DNA from: Myxococcales bacterium
GTDB taxonomy: Bacteria; Myxococcota_A; UBA9042; JABWCM01; BTVJ01
DNA length: 64,000 nucleotides
Assembly: GCA_045863395.1 (NCBI GenBank)
Contig: BTVJ01000021.1
Coordinates: 1-64,000, forward strand
Reading direction: 5' to 3'
Positions 19,352 through 28,809 of the stretch are shown here, piece by piece. The first letter of the stretch is position 1. Each line of letters opens with the position of its first letter. The translations under genes were made by a program, and so were the position numbers. The notes beneath the pieces were generated by a model. The model had not been told where the DNA came from. It worked only from the letters and a program-made list of their open reading frames with translations, and did no database searches.

Positions 19352-20374
19352 TCAGTTGCTCGGGGTGAAGATGGTCGTGACCCCCTCGACCAGGTAGCGC
19401 GCGGACACCGCCATCTGGAGCGTCGGGGCGATGGCGTTGACCACCGCGTTCCAGTCGGCGACCTCGGTGGTGGTGACGAACACGATATCGCCGGGCGCGA
19501 GCAGGACGTCCCGTCGCTTGCCCGCGCCGATGTCCTCGGCGTCGACCACGTACACCTTGGGGTCGACCAGCGCGCCCCGGATGACGCGGACCGCGGTCTC
19601 CTTGCCGTTCTCCGTGACCCAGCCGGCCTTGGTCAGCGCCTGCATCAAGGTCAGCATGCCCTTGTGGTCGACCACCGCCGGGGAGCGCACCTCGCCGAGG
19701 ACGTACACCTCGCCGGAGACGTAGGGCGGCACGAACACGAGGTCACCGGGGCGGATCCACACGTTCTGCTTCGCGTCCCCGCCCAGGAGCCGCGAGAACC
19801 GCACCGGCACGATGGTGCCGCTCCGCATGAGCGAGGCCCGGTCGATGTCGCCCGATGCCCGCCCCGTTGGGTCCACCATCAGCCCGCCCGCGAGGGCGAG
19901 GGCCTCCAACATGCTCATGGGCCCCTCGAGCGGGAACACGCCCGGCCGCTGCACCGCCCCGAGCACCATGAAGCGCTGGCTCCGCGCCTCGGTGAGGGAG
20001 ACCACGACGTGGGGGTCCGGCACCAGCCGCTTGAGGAGGCCCTCGATGTGCCTCGCGGCCTCCTTGGGCGTCCTGCCGGCCACGTAGACGTCCTCGATGA
20101 CGTAGAGGGTGATCATCCCGTCGGGGCGCACGAGCAGCCCCTCGCGGGCGAGCGCCGGCTGCCCGGCCACGTCGACGCTGAGCCGGTCACCGGGCCCGAT
20201 GCGATACTCTGGGACGACTGGGTCCAGGTAGGGCGCCATGTCCACGTCGAGCGGAGGGGACCCCGCCATGAGGACGCGGTTCGCCTCGTCCAGAGACTCC
20301 GGCGCCTCGTTGACCGCGACGCCACAGGAGACCAGGAGGAACACGACGGCCAGGCGCGGCCCATGTACGGTCAT
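19352..20374 (-). CDS. wza: Polysaccharide export lipoprotein (Wza/OPX; PES + SLBB domains)
   Basis: YRIGPGDRLSV, VRPDGMITLYVI..V.VAGRT, VLGAVQRPG, VYVLGEVRSP; LVSC lipobox. Confidence 0.85.
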   Translation of the reverse strand: MTVHGPRLAVVFLLVSCGVAVNEAPESLDEANRVLMAGSPPLDVDMAPYLDPVVPEYRIGPGDRLSVDVAGQPALAREGLLVRPDGMITLYVIEDVYVAGRTPKEAARHIEGLLKRLVPDPHVVVSLTEARSQRFMVLGAVQRPGVFPLEGPMSMLEALALAGGLMVDPTGRASGDIDRASLMRSGTIVPVRFSRLLGGDAKQNVWIRPGDLVFVPPYVSGEVYVLGEVRSPAVVDHKGMLTLMQALTKAGWVTENGKETAVRVIRGALVDPKVYVVDAEDIGAGKRRDVLLAPGDIVFVTTTEVADWNAVVNAIAPTLQMAVSARYLVEGVTTIFTPSN

Positions 20375-22380
20375 GCGGCGTCCTTTGAAGGGGGGGGGAG
20401 CGGCGACACGCGCTCCTCGGCGCCGACCCAGGCGCGCTGGACGCCCGTCAGCACGGCCCCGATCACGGTGGAGCCCGCGTGGAGGAGGCGCTCCAGTGCG
20501 GCGTGGACCTCCTCCTGCTCGGTCTGGCCGGCCGCCACCACCAGGATGACGCCGTCGACGGACTGACCGAGCAGCTCCGCGTCGACGCTGGGCAACACCG
20601 CCGGGGCGTCGACCACCGCCAGAGAGAACAGCCGCCCGGCCTGCCGGATCAGCCCGTCCATGCGCTCCCCCTGCAGCAGCGTGACCGCGTCCTCCCGGGG
20701 ACCACCGCTGGTCACCGTGCAGACGCCGTCCGTCAGGCGCTGCACGAGGGGGCGGTCGCTCTGGCCATCGAGGAAGCTCTCCAGGAGCGGGGGCCCGCTC
20801 GCCGTGTCGCGCAGGTTGGCGTCGAGCCGGATCACGGGGATCCTCCACTCGGCGAGCACGTGCGTCAGGGAGCGGGCCACCTTGGTCTTCCCCTCTCCGG
20901 GGCGGGCGCTCGTGATGACCACGGCGTACGACCCCGCATGCGCCGCCTTCTGTCTGAGGTCGAAGGCGACCTTGCGGATCCCTTCCTCCCACCCCGCGGA
21001 GTCCTGGCGGATGTCCGGCAGCGTCGCGAGCACGGGCAGACCGACCCGCCGCAGCTCGCTCGGGGCGCGCACCCGCGTGTCGCGGAACTCGAGGACCACG
21101 GCACCCATGAAGGAGACCACGAACCCGACGACGATGGCCGCAGCGGTCAGCATCTGCCGCAGCGGCCGCTCGGGCTTGTCCGGGGGCGTCGCCTGCGTGG
21201 CGATCTCGACCAGCGGGCGCTGGTTGGCTGCGACGCGCTCGATGGCGGCGAGCGCCGCCAGGCCCTCGCGCAGGTCCTCGCCGGCGAAGTCGCGCTGGAC
21301 CGTGAGCGCCTGGAACTCGCGCTGCAGGGTGGGCACCTCCGCGAGCTGGCGGCGCACCTCCGTCCGCCAGCCGGTGACGGCGTCCAGCTCGGCCTGAGCT
21401 GCGCGCAGCTTGGACTCCTCCTCGATGACGGCCATGCGCAGCGACTGGCGGACGGGGTTCGGGGCGACGCTCGTCGTCCGGACACCCTTCCCGGCGGCCT
21501 TGCTCTCCACGGCCTTCGCGGCGAGGCCCGGGTCGGAGCCCGCAGCGAGGGCCTGGTGCATCATGGCCAGGCGCAGCCGGTCCGTGTTCGGGCTCTGGAC
21601 GGCCGCGGAGGGCATCACGGTCGCCGTGTGCAGCAGCTCCTGCTCCGCCTCCATCTTCTCGGTCAGCAGCTCGAGGACCCGCTGCCCGGCGGCCATGGTG
21701 GCGGTCAGCTCGGCGATGCGGTCGTCCAGGGTGCGGGAGCGCTGGGCGAGGAGCCCTATCTGCGAGTCGTCCTGGAGGCCGTTGCGCTGCACGAACTCGG
21801 TGATCGCGTCCTGACCGGCGGCCACCTTCTCACGGGCCGCGGCGACGCGGCGCGCCTGCTCGGCCCTCTCGGCCTCGATGCGCTCGGCCAGCAACACGCG
21901 CTGGCGCTCCACGAAGGCGACCGCGACGGCGTTGGCCAGCATGGCGGCTCGGTCAGGCGTCGTGGACGTCCCGTGCAGCACCAGCATCCGGGCCCCGCCC
22001 CGGTAGCCCTCGAAGGCCACGTTCGAGCGAACGTCGCGCGGCGAGACGTCGGGCACCGAGCGGAGCACGGCGTGGACGATGGGGTCCTCCTTCACCAGGT
22101 CGTCCAGGGCAGAGGTGTCCATGGGAACGGACCAGGAGGTGGCCAGCCGCGTCCCCCCCAGCACCTCGGCCGAGTCCTGCACGACGAGGCGCACCGACGC
22201 AGTCCACTCATTGTTGACCTTCGCCAGAACGACGGCCGCCAGGCCGGCCGCCAGCAGCAGCCCCACCAGGGCGATGCGCCCCCGCCGCGCGAACAGGCCA
22301 CGCAGGATGCGGCCAAGGTCGAGCTCAGGTGGGGCCAGGCCTCGCGGGGCCTGTGGGTCTTGCGGTCGGTTCGCATCCAT
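20371..22380 (-). CDS. wzc: Polysaccharide co-polymerase / BY-kinase-like (Wzc/GumC)
   Basis: Two TM helices flanking a coiled coil; ITSARPGEGKT Walker A, LDANLR, VVDAP; no C-terminal Tyr cluster. Confidence 0.82.
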   Translation of the reverse strand: MDANRPQDPQAPRGLAPPELDLGRILRGLFARRGRIALVGLLLAAGLAAVVLAKVNNEWTASVRLVVQDSAEVLGGTRLATSWSVPMDTSALDDLVKEDPIVHAVLRSVPDVSPRDVRSNVAFEGYRGGARMLVLHGTSTTPDRAAMLANAVAVAFVERQRVLLAERIEAERAEQARRVAAAREKVAAGQDAITEFVQRNGLQDDSQIGLLAQRSRTLDDRIAELTATMAAGQRVLELLTEKMEAEQELLHTATVMPSAAVQSPNTDRLRLAMMHQALAAGSDPGLAAKAVESKAAGKGVRTTSVAPNPVRQSLRMAVIEEESKLRAAQAELDAVTGWRTEVRRQLAEVPTLQREFQALTVQRDFAGEDLREGLAALAAIERVAANQRPLVEIATQATPPDKPERPLRQMLTAAAIVVGFVVSFMGAVVLEFRDTRVRAPSELRRVGLPVLATLPDIRQDSAGWEEGIRKVAFDLRQKAAHAGSYAVVITSARPGEGKTKVARSLTHVLAEWRIPVIRLDANLRDTASGPPLLESFLDGQSDRPLVQRLTDGVCTVTSGGPREDAVTLLQGERMDGLIRQAGRLFSLAVVDAPAVLPSVDAELLGQSVDGVILVVAAGQTEQEEVHAALERLLHAGSTVIGAVLTGVQRAWVGAEERVSPLPPPSKDAA

Positions 22381-22616
22381 CGGGGGGTGCTCCAGGACAC
22401 GTTTATCGTGGCGACTCGCCTCGGGACGAGGCCGGTCTCGCACTCTACCATAGGCGGGACCGGAAGGGCGTGCAATTGACCACGGCGTCCCAGTGGGATA
22501 ACTGTAGCCGCGATTGCGTGATGCCCGCACCGCGGAGGAGCTCCAGTAGTTGGTCTGCTCCCCCGGGGACCTCTGGTCTGCGCCTGGCCATCCGCCAAAC
22601 AATGAGGAGGAGCTCC

Positions 22617-23045
22617 ATGAGGTGGTTCGCAGTTTGCCTGGCCGTCATGACGCTGAGCGTGGCCGGGTGCTCGAAGAAGTCCGCGCCGACGCCGACGACC
22701 GTCAAGTCCGACACCTACGTCCACCACGCGTCCGGAGGCGGCTCGTCCACTGGCGGCGTCTGCAACGGCAACAACGTCGAGAGCGTCATGCAGAAGTACG
22801 GAAACCAGCTCCGCAACTGCTTCACGGCACAGGTGCCGAACAACCCGAACTTCGGCGGCCGGGTCACCCTGAACTACACCATCCAGACCAACGGCGCGAT
22901 CAGCAACATCAGCACGTCCGAGTCCACCATCAACCACGGCGGGGTCGAGAAGTGCCTCAAGGACTCCGTCGCCGGGGCGCAGTTCGCCAAGCCAAACGGG
23001 GGCACGTGCAACGTCCGGTGGCCGCTGTCCTTCAACGTGAAGTAG
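22617..23045 (+). CDS. Lipoprotein with AgmX/PglI-type (TonB-C-like) C-terminal domain
   Basis: RBS gaggaggag; VAGC lipobox; LRNCF...NFGGRVTLNYTIQTNG...VEKCL...FAKPNGG..VRWPLSF. Confidence 0.8.
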   Translation: MRWFAVCLAVMTLSVAGCSKKSAPTPTTVKSDTYVHHASGGGSSTGGVCNGNNVESVMQKYGNQLRNCFTAQVPNNPNFGGRVTLNYTIQTNGAISNISTSESTINHGGVEKCLKDSVAGAQFAKPNGGTCNVRWPLSFNVK

Positions 23046-23190
23046 GGACGCAACGGGCTCGCACGTCCGGGACGTCTGGGTGAAGAGAACGCTCAGGCCC
23101 AGGCACCGACCTGCCGATGCAGCCCGCATGATTGCCCTGCCAGATTCGCTGGGTTTGCACACCCATGGCCCTTGGGGAAATACTCCCCGC

Positions 23191-24018
23191 ATGCAGCAGC
23201 CCTCCCCTGCCCTCTCCGACCCGCCCGAGCCGACCGGCCCCCCGGCAGAGCCGCCGGATCTCTCCGACCTGGCCGTGCGGATGGCGCGCCTGTTCCCGAG
23301 CGGCCTGGAGACGCTGGAGGTGCTGCGGGGCGTCGGGCTCGACCTGAGACACGTGCCGCCGAGCGCCCGCCCCGGAGCGCTCCTCGCCGTGTGGCAGGCG
23401 GCCGTCGCAGCGGCCGACGCACAGGGGCGCCTCCCTGCCCTGCTGGACGCTGCACGGCAGCGCTACGGCCACGAGCGCGCCATCGTCGCGAGAGACCCCA
23501 CCGAGCCCGTGCGGACCTTCTTCCTCCCCCTCGCGCTGCTCGGGGTGTCCCTCGGCGTCGCCGTGGCGCTCGCGTCCTTCCTGGCCAGCATCGACTCCAG
23601 GCGGTGGACCCGCATGGACACCATCACCCTCGACTTCGCAGACCTGGAGATTCGAGCGCGGTTCAAGACGGTTCCGCCGCCTCCATGGGCGTTCTGGCTG
23701 CCGCAGCCCCATGTGACCGAGACAGCTCCCGCTGCTGCGCCCGTTCACGCAATGGCACTGCCGGAGGTCGCGCCAGTGTCGGCGCCCACGACTCCCGGAG
23801 CGCCTGCCCGTAGCTGGCTGGACGCGTCTCCGCGCGCGGCCCATGGGGCAACACCCGCGGCGCCTGGTCTGGTCGACTCCGCGCGGGACGCCCCCTCGCT
23901 GGACGGCGGGCGGGCCGGTCGCGGGGAGCCGGTCGTCGTTCCCGGGATCCCCCCCTTCGACGCCACCGCACTGCCCACTCGTCCGGAGCTGGCGCGGCCG
24001 CTGCTCCGGAGCCCCTGA
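23191..24018 (+). CDS. Membrane protein with N-terminal EAD1-like domain and Pro-rich tail
   Basis: LAVRMARLFP...VLRGVGLDLRHV...W..AV..ADAQGRLPALLDAARQRYG resembles effector-associated domain 1; TM helix follows; start uncertain. Confidence 0.5.
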   Translation: MQQPSPALSDPPEPTGPPAEPPDLSDLAVRMARLFPSGLETLEVLRGVGLDLRHVPPSARPGALLAVWQAAVAAADAQGRLPALLDAARQRYGHERAIVARDPTEPVRTFFLPLALLGVSLGVAVALASFLASIDSRRWTRMDTITLDFADLEIRARFKTVPPPPWAFWLPQPHVTETAPAAAPVHAMALPEVAPVSAPTTPGAPARSWLDASPRAAHGATPAAPGLVDSARDAPSLDGGRAGRGEPVVVPGIPPFDATALPTRPELARPLLRSP

Positions 24019-24106
24019 CGTCACCGTCGACAGGTCGCGGTCCCCGGGCTACCATGCGGTCCCGAAGCGGGTGTGGCCGAGAGCCGCCCCCTCAGTGGAG
24101 GCCGCC

Positions 24107-25111
24107 ATGGAGACGAGCACACCGCCCTCCCCCTTCGAGGACATCGACGGCGCCGCGCTGCGGGCCCAGGTTGCCGCTTGCGACGCGGCCCTCGGCAAGT
24201 ACGTGGACGAGATCGACTACCGGAACCTGAGCTGGTACGTGTCGCGCGCCTGTCTGCGCTATGCCCTCGGCGGTGACCCGGCCGCGGTGACCGATGACCT
24301 GTGGCTCGCGGCGCGGTGCCTCCAGGGACGCGAGTCCATGCACCTGGATCGCATCCCCGTGGAGAGGTTCCTGACCCGCCGCATCCTGCCCATCGAGCTG
24401 GGGCTGCTGAGCGGCCAGCCGGCCATCACGCGGGACCTGGCCGAAGGGGCCGGCTTCTCTGTGCCGACCGTCATCGCCAACGAGTCCGAGGAGCTGTTCC
24501 GCGAAGCCGGCCGCCTGACGTCGTGGTTCCGCCGCGGCTCCTGCGCCACCCACCAGGATCTCGCCGGCCTCGGCGCGGTGGTGTTTGGGGGTGCGCTGGC
24601 CGCCATCTCCCGCGGCTTCGACGACGAGGCGGCGCTCGGTCTCAACCTCTTCGCGGACGCCCGCGAGCCGTTCCGGCACGTCGAGCCGCCAGAGAAGGTC
24701 GCGGCCGTGCTGAGGCGCTACGACGGGCTGCTCTTGTCCCTGGCCTGCCTGCTGCGCAATGAGCCGGACCGGCTCGCCCACGTGCTCGCCGGGGTGGTCG
24801 AGGGCTACTGCGCCGACCTGCGGCACAAGCTCGGCGCGGAGCTGCTCACCCCCACCGAGCCCCACCACTACTTGGACCTGTCGTCGCTGGCGATCCTGGC
24901 CATCGCCGCGCTGCGCCGCATGGAGGTTCCCGTCTCCAGCGACGGGCCCGTCGGCGGCTACGCGGCCATCTACCGCTTCTTCATGACCTCTCCGCCTCGT
25001 GAGGCGCAGCCCCTCTCCGGCCTGGACGAGCAGTCCAAGGCATTGCTCCGCTCCATGGGCGTGTCCGACGAGACCATCGACGGCGCCCAGGAGCCGCCGC
25101 CAGAGGGATAG
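24107..25111 (+). CDS. Hypothetical all-alpha protein (possibly Imm49-like)
   Basis: RBS ggagg; strong GC3 bias; helical; C-terminal LSSLAILAIAALRRMEV loosely resembles immunity protein 49. Confidence 0.6.
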   Translation: METSTPPSPFEDIDGAALRAQVAACDAALGKYVDEIDYRNLSWYVSRACLRYALGGDPAAVTDDLWLAARCLQGRESMHLDRIPVERFLTRRILPIELGLLSGQPAITRDLAEGAGFSVPTVIANESEELFREAGRLTSWFRRGSCATHQDLAGLGAVVFGGALAAISRGFDDEAALGLNLFADAREPFRHVEPPEKVAAVLRRYDGLLLSLACLLRNEPDRLAHVLAGVVEGYCADLRHKLGAELLTPTEPHHYLDLSSLAILAIAALRRMEVPVSSDGPVGGYAAIYRFFMTSPPREAQPLSGLDEQSKALLRSMGVSDETIDGAQEPPPEG

Positions 25112-25151
25112 ACAGGGGGCCAGACGGCGGGCGAACCCGAGGGACGGGCGG

Positions 25152-25460
25152 TCAGGACACCTCGGCCTCGTCGTCGTAGACGATGGCCATGACGTCGTCG
25201 GGCAGGTCGGCGCGGATGCAGAAGTCGAGGGCGTGCAGAGCGTCCATCGCCGCGACCGCTGCCCAGGCCAGCTCGTGGAGCAACGACTCAGGCGAGTCGT
25301 CCTCCTCCATGGCGACCCGGATGCGCTCCGAGGTGGCCTCATTGGTCACGATCAGGTTCGGGACGAGGCGGTTGTCAGCCATGAAGCCCGCCAGCGCCGA
25401 GAGGACCTCCGCGTGCCACCGGCTCCAGTCCTGAACCTTCACCTCCTGCTTCACGAACAT
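25152..25460 (-). CDS. Small acidic hypothetical protein
   Basis: MFVKQEVKVQDWSRWHAEVL..., typical codon usage, RBS-like agagg. Confidence 0.6.
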   Translation of the reverse strand: MFVKQEVKVQDWSRWHAEVLSALAGFMADNRLVPNLIVTNEATSERIRVAMEEDDSPESLLHELAWAAVAAMDALHALDFCIRADLPDDVMAIVYDDEAEVS

Positions 25461-25664
25461 CGGGCCACCTCTCGCTGAAGAAGGTGCCAGTGGAGGCGGA
25501 ACGGGGTCAACGGGCGAGGTGTGACTTGCTGGGGCGTAGTGGCCGTGGGAGGGGGCTTGCGGCGCCTCATGGCGAGGCCCTGAGGGCGGGAGCTGACGGC
25601 CACGCCGCCCGGGCACGCCTCGAAGGGCACGCTCGGGCGACGCGGTCGCCGCCACGGGGTCTGC

Positions 25665-25904
25665 CTACTTGTCGGGCTTCGCCTTGCCCTTGTGGCACTC
25701 CATGCAGTCGCCCTTGGCGACGTGCTCCTTCGCGACCTTGTACAGCGGCGTATCCGACGCCTCCTTCTTGGGCTTGCCATCCTCGTGGCACTGCGCGCAC
25801 TTGAGACCCGTCGCCTTCGTGAAGGGGGCCTTCGCCTCGGCGCCCGGCCCCATCGTCAGCCCCAGCCCCGCCATGATCGCCAATGCGAACATCCAACGCT
25901 TCAT
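25665..25904 (-). CDS. Very small secreted di-heme cytochrome c (79 aa)
   Basis: RBS gaggag; Sec signal ending AEA; CAQCH and CMECH motifs. Confidence 0.8.
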   Translation of the reverse strand: MKRWMFALAIMAGLGLTMGPGAEAKAPFTKATGLKCAQCHEDGKPKKEASDTPLYKVAKEHVAKGDCMECHKGKAKPDK

Positions 25905-26162
25905 GATTGTCTCCTCGCGGTTCCAGCGGGCATCCAGTCGCCCGTGAACCCGGGGGGGAACCCTCTCCCCGGCCGGGCTGAGGGAACTATATGGATAGCG
26001 GGGTACGGAAGTCCACTGAATCGGAGCTGGGTCGGTATCATCCTTCCGCGGGTCGGTTACAAATGGGGTAGTGGGCCGATCTGCATGGGGTCGGCGCCTG
26101 GCCAGGCCCCGCGCTTGCCACCCACTCGCGGTGTGATACGGTGCGACCCCCAGGAGGGTCCA

Positions 26163-27119
26163 ATGACCACCGTCCACCCCCGGCTGTCCCGGTTCGCTTG
26201 GTTCGTCGTCGCCTACAACCTCGCCGTGATCCTGTGGGGCGCCTGGGTGCGCATCTCGTTCTCGGGCGCGGGGTGCGGCAGCCACTGGCCGACCTGCGGC
26301 GGCGAGCTTGTCCCGACGGCGCCGACGGCCCGCACGCTCATCGAGTACGTCCACAGGCTGAGCAGCGGCGTGTCGCTGTTGCTGGTCCTGGCCCTGGTGG
26401 TGTGGGCCTTCCGCGCGCTGCCCCGCGGGCACCGGGGGCGGCGCGGCGCCGTGTGGACGGCCGCCTTCCTGCTGGCGGAGGCCGCCCTCGGCGCCGGGCT
26501 GGTGCTCTTCGGGCTCGTGGAGAACGACGACTCCGTGCAGCGGGCCTTCGTCATCGCGCTGCACCTGGTCAACACGCTGGCTCTGACCGCCTTCGGGGCC
26601 TTGACCGCGTGGTGGACCGCGGGAGGGCCACCGCTCCGCGGCCTCGGCGCTGGGACGCTCCGGTGGGGCCTGCTCGCCATGATCGCCGCATTCGTCCTGA
26701 CGGGCATGACCGGCGCGATCACCGCGCTGGGCGACACGCTGTTCCCCCTCTCTCCCACCGACGGAGACAGCCTCATCGCCCGGATCCGGGGCGACCTGTC
26801 CCCCGCCGTGCACTTCCTCGTGCGGCTGCGCATCGTCCACCCTGCGCTGGCCATCCTGCTCGCCGTGGCCCTCGGCTCCCTGGCCACGTCCATGCTCTCG
26901 AAGCGGCGACCGCCCGGCGTGCGGCGGCAGGCGCGCCTCGTGTTGGCCCTGACCCTGCTTCAGGTCATCGCGGGCTTCGTGACCATCGCGCTGCACGCGC
27001 CCGCGCTGCTCCAGCTCCTGCACTTGCTGCTCGCGCAGCTCTTGTGGATCGCGCTCGTGCTCCTGTTTGCCGAGGCGCTCGCGGAGACCGCCCCGCCCCC
27101 ACTCGCCCCTGAGCGTTGA
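26163..27119 (+). CDS. ctaA: Heme A synthase (COX15/CtaA)
   Basis: GAWVRISFSGAGCGSHWPTC, IEYVHR, LHLVNT, IVHP, LLHLLLA; about 8 TM helices; RBS aggagg. Confidence 0.88.
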   Translation: MTTVHPRLSRFAWFVVAYNLAVILWGAWVRISFSGAGCGSHWPTCGGELVPTAPTARTLIEYVHRLSSGVSLLLVLALVVWAFRALPRGHRGRRGAVWTAAFLLAEAALGAGLVLFGLVENDDSVQRAFVIALHLVNTLALTAFGALTAWWTAGGPPLRGLGAGTLRWGLLAMIAAFVLTGMTGAITALGDTLFPLSPTDGDSLIARIRGDLSPAVHFLVRLRIVHPALAILLAVALGSLATSMLSKRRPPGVRRQARLVLALTLLQVIAGFVTIALHAPALLQLLHLLLAQLLWIALVLLFAEALAETAPPPLAPER

Positions 27120-27165
27120 CCTGGACGCGTCGGCGGGGGTAGAAGGCCGGGCCAAGGAGGTTTCC

Positions 27166-28800
27166 ATGAGAGTGATCGCAGCGGTCGCGGTGGTCGCGGG
27201 GGCCCTCGCCGCCTGCTCCGACCCGGGGGCGAGCGCCGACGCCGGGTCGAGCGTCTCCGACACCGGCGTGAGCGCCGGCGATGGTGGCGTCGGGGACGCC
27301 GTGCAGGACACCGAAGCCGACGCCACCGACCCCTTCGGAGGCAAGGACGCGCTGACCGATGGCGGCGACCCGAGCGACGCGAGCGACGCGAGTGACGGGA
27401 TGGCCACGGGTGACGCGGCGGCAGAGGTCGCGCCGCAGGATGCCGGCGCCGGCGACGCCGGGGAGGCCCCCTGCCCGCCCATCGAGCACTCCCCGCTCAC
27501 GCAGATCGAGCTGGGCGACATCCCCATCGCAGCCGCGTCGGAAGAGGCGCTGACGCTCCACTGGAGGCGGGCGCTACCGGGAGAGGCGTTCACCACGGTC
27601 CCCCTGGCAGGCTCCGCGACCATCCCGGGGAGCGCTGTCACCTTTGCCGGCATCGACTACTGGATCGGCTCGAGCTGCGCGTCCCACCCGGCGGGGGCTC
27701 CCGCGGAGGTCCACCACGTCGACGTGATCGGCGAGCTGCGAATCACGACGGATCCCGGAGTCTACGACTACCTGCCGGACGTGGACGGCCACCGGGTCGT
27801 CTGGGCCAAAGAGGAGAAAGGCGGCACGGCGGACAACGTGTACCTCTTCGATCTCCACACCTTCCAGACCACCAAGCTCACGAGCCTGCAGAAGCCGCAG
27901 GGCGACGCCCACATCTCCGGCGACAACGTCGTCTGGGTGGACGGGCGCAACGCGGAGAGCGCCTGGGACCCGAACCAGGACGTCTACCTCTGGGACCTCG
28001 CGGCGGGGAAGGAGTCGCCCCTGGCCACGGCGCCGCTCGGCCAGTACGGAGTGGCAATCGCCGGCCGCATCGTGGCCTGGCGCGACGACCGGCACATGAG
28101 CGGCCCCATCGACGGCGACATCTACCTCTTCGATCTGGGCCCGGACGGAGTCCTCGGGACGGGCGACGACCAGGGAGAGCACCGGCTGACCCCGCACCCG
28201 GCGGACCAGACGGCCCCGGCCGTCGCCGTGGACGCGGACGGGCGCGCCCGGGTGGTCTGGGCCGACATGAGGGACGACGCCGACGGCAAGTGCGACCAGG
28301 TGTGCGACTGGAACATCTACCTCCACGACGCGGGGCCGGACGGGGTCTTTGGGACGGAGGACGACCAGGGACCCCTGCAGGTGACCTCGCACCCGGCGGA
28401 GCAGCACTCGCCGTCCACCTGGGGGCGCCGCATCGCGTGGCTGGACGCCCGAGGAGGCAACTGGCTCGACCCGGACGTCTGGGTCTACGACCTCGGGCCG
28501 GATCACGTGCTCGGCACCGCGGACGACGGCGGCGAGAGCCAGCTCCCGGTGCCGGTGGTCGAGCCCGGCCACCTGTCCATGTGGGGCGACCGCATGGTCT
28601 ACGAGGACTTCCGCAACGAGACGTGGGACCTGTGGCTGTGGGACTTCGCGAAGGGGACGGAGGCGCCGCTGGTCACCGAGCCCTTCGGCCAGTTCTACCC
28701 GCGCGTCCAGGGGCGCACCGTCGTCTGGCAGGACGCACGCAACAACGGGGTCGACGGGGAGGCCTTCGACGACATCTACGTGCGGGTGCTGCCCAAGTAG
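27166..28800 (+). CDS. Lipoprotein with beta-propeller repeats (TolB-like / cell-surface beta-propeller type)
   Basis: LAAC lipobox; repeats P.I.G..VVW.D.R....DIYLYDL; three GPD[GH]..GT.DD loops. Confidence 0.78.
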   Translation: MRVIAAVAVVAGALAACSDPGASADAGSSVSDTGVSAGDGGVGDAVQDTEADATDPFGGKDALTDGGDPSDASDASDGMATGDAAAEVAPQDAGAGDAGEAPCPPIEHSPLTQIELGDIPIAAASEEALTLHWRRALPGEAFTTVPLAGSATIPGSAVTFAGIDYWIGSSCASHPAGAPAEVHHVDVIGELRITTDPGVYDYLPDVDGHRVVWAKEEKGGTADNVYLFDLHTFQTTKLTSLQKPQGDAHISGDNVVWVDGRNAESAWDPNQDVYLWDLAAGKESPLATAPLGQYGVAIAGRIVAWRDDRHMSGPIDGDIYLFDLGPDGVLGTGDDQGEHRLTPHPADQTAPAVAVDADGRARVVWADMRDDADGKCDQVCDWNIYLHDAGPDGVFGTEDDQGPLQVTSHPAEQHSPSTWGRRIAWLDARGGNWLDPDVWVYDLGPDHVLGTADDGGESQLPVPVVEPGHLSMWGDRMVYEDFRNETWDLWLWDFAKGTEAPLVTEPFGQFYPRVQGRTVVWQDARNNGVDGEAFDDIYVRVLPK

Positions 28801-28809
28801 ATGGGCGCG

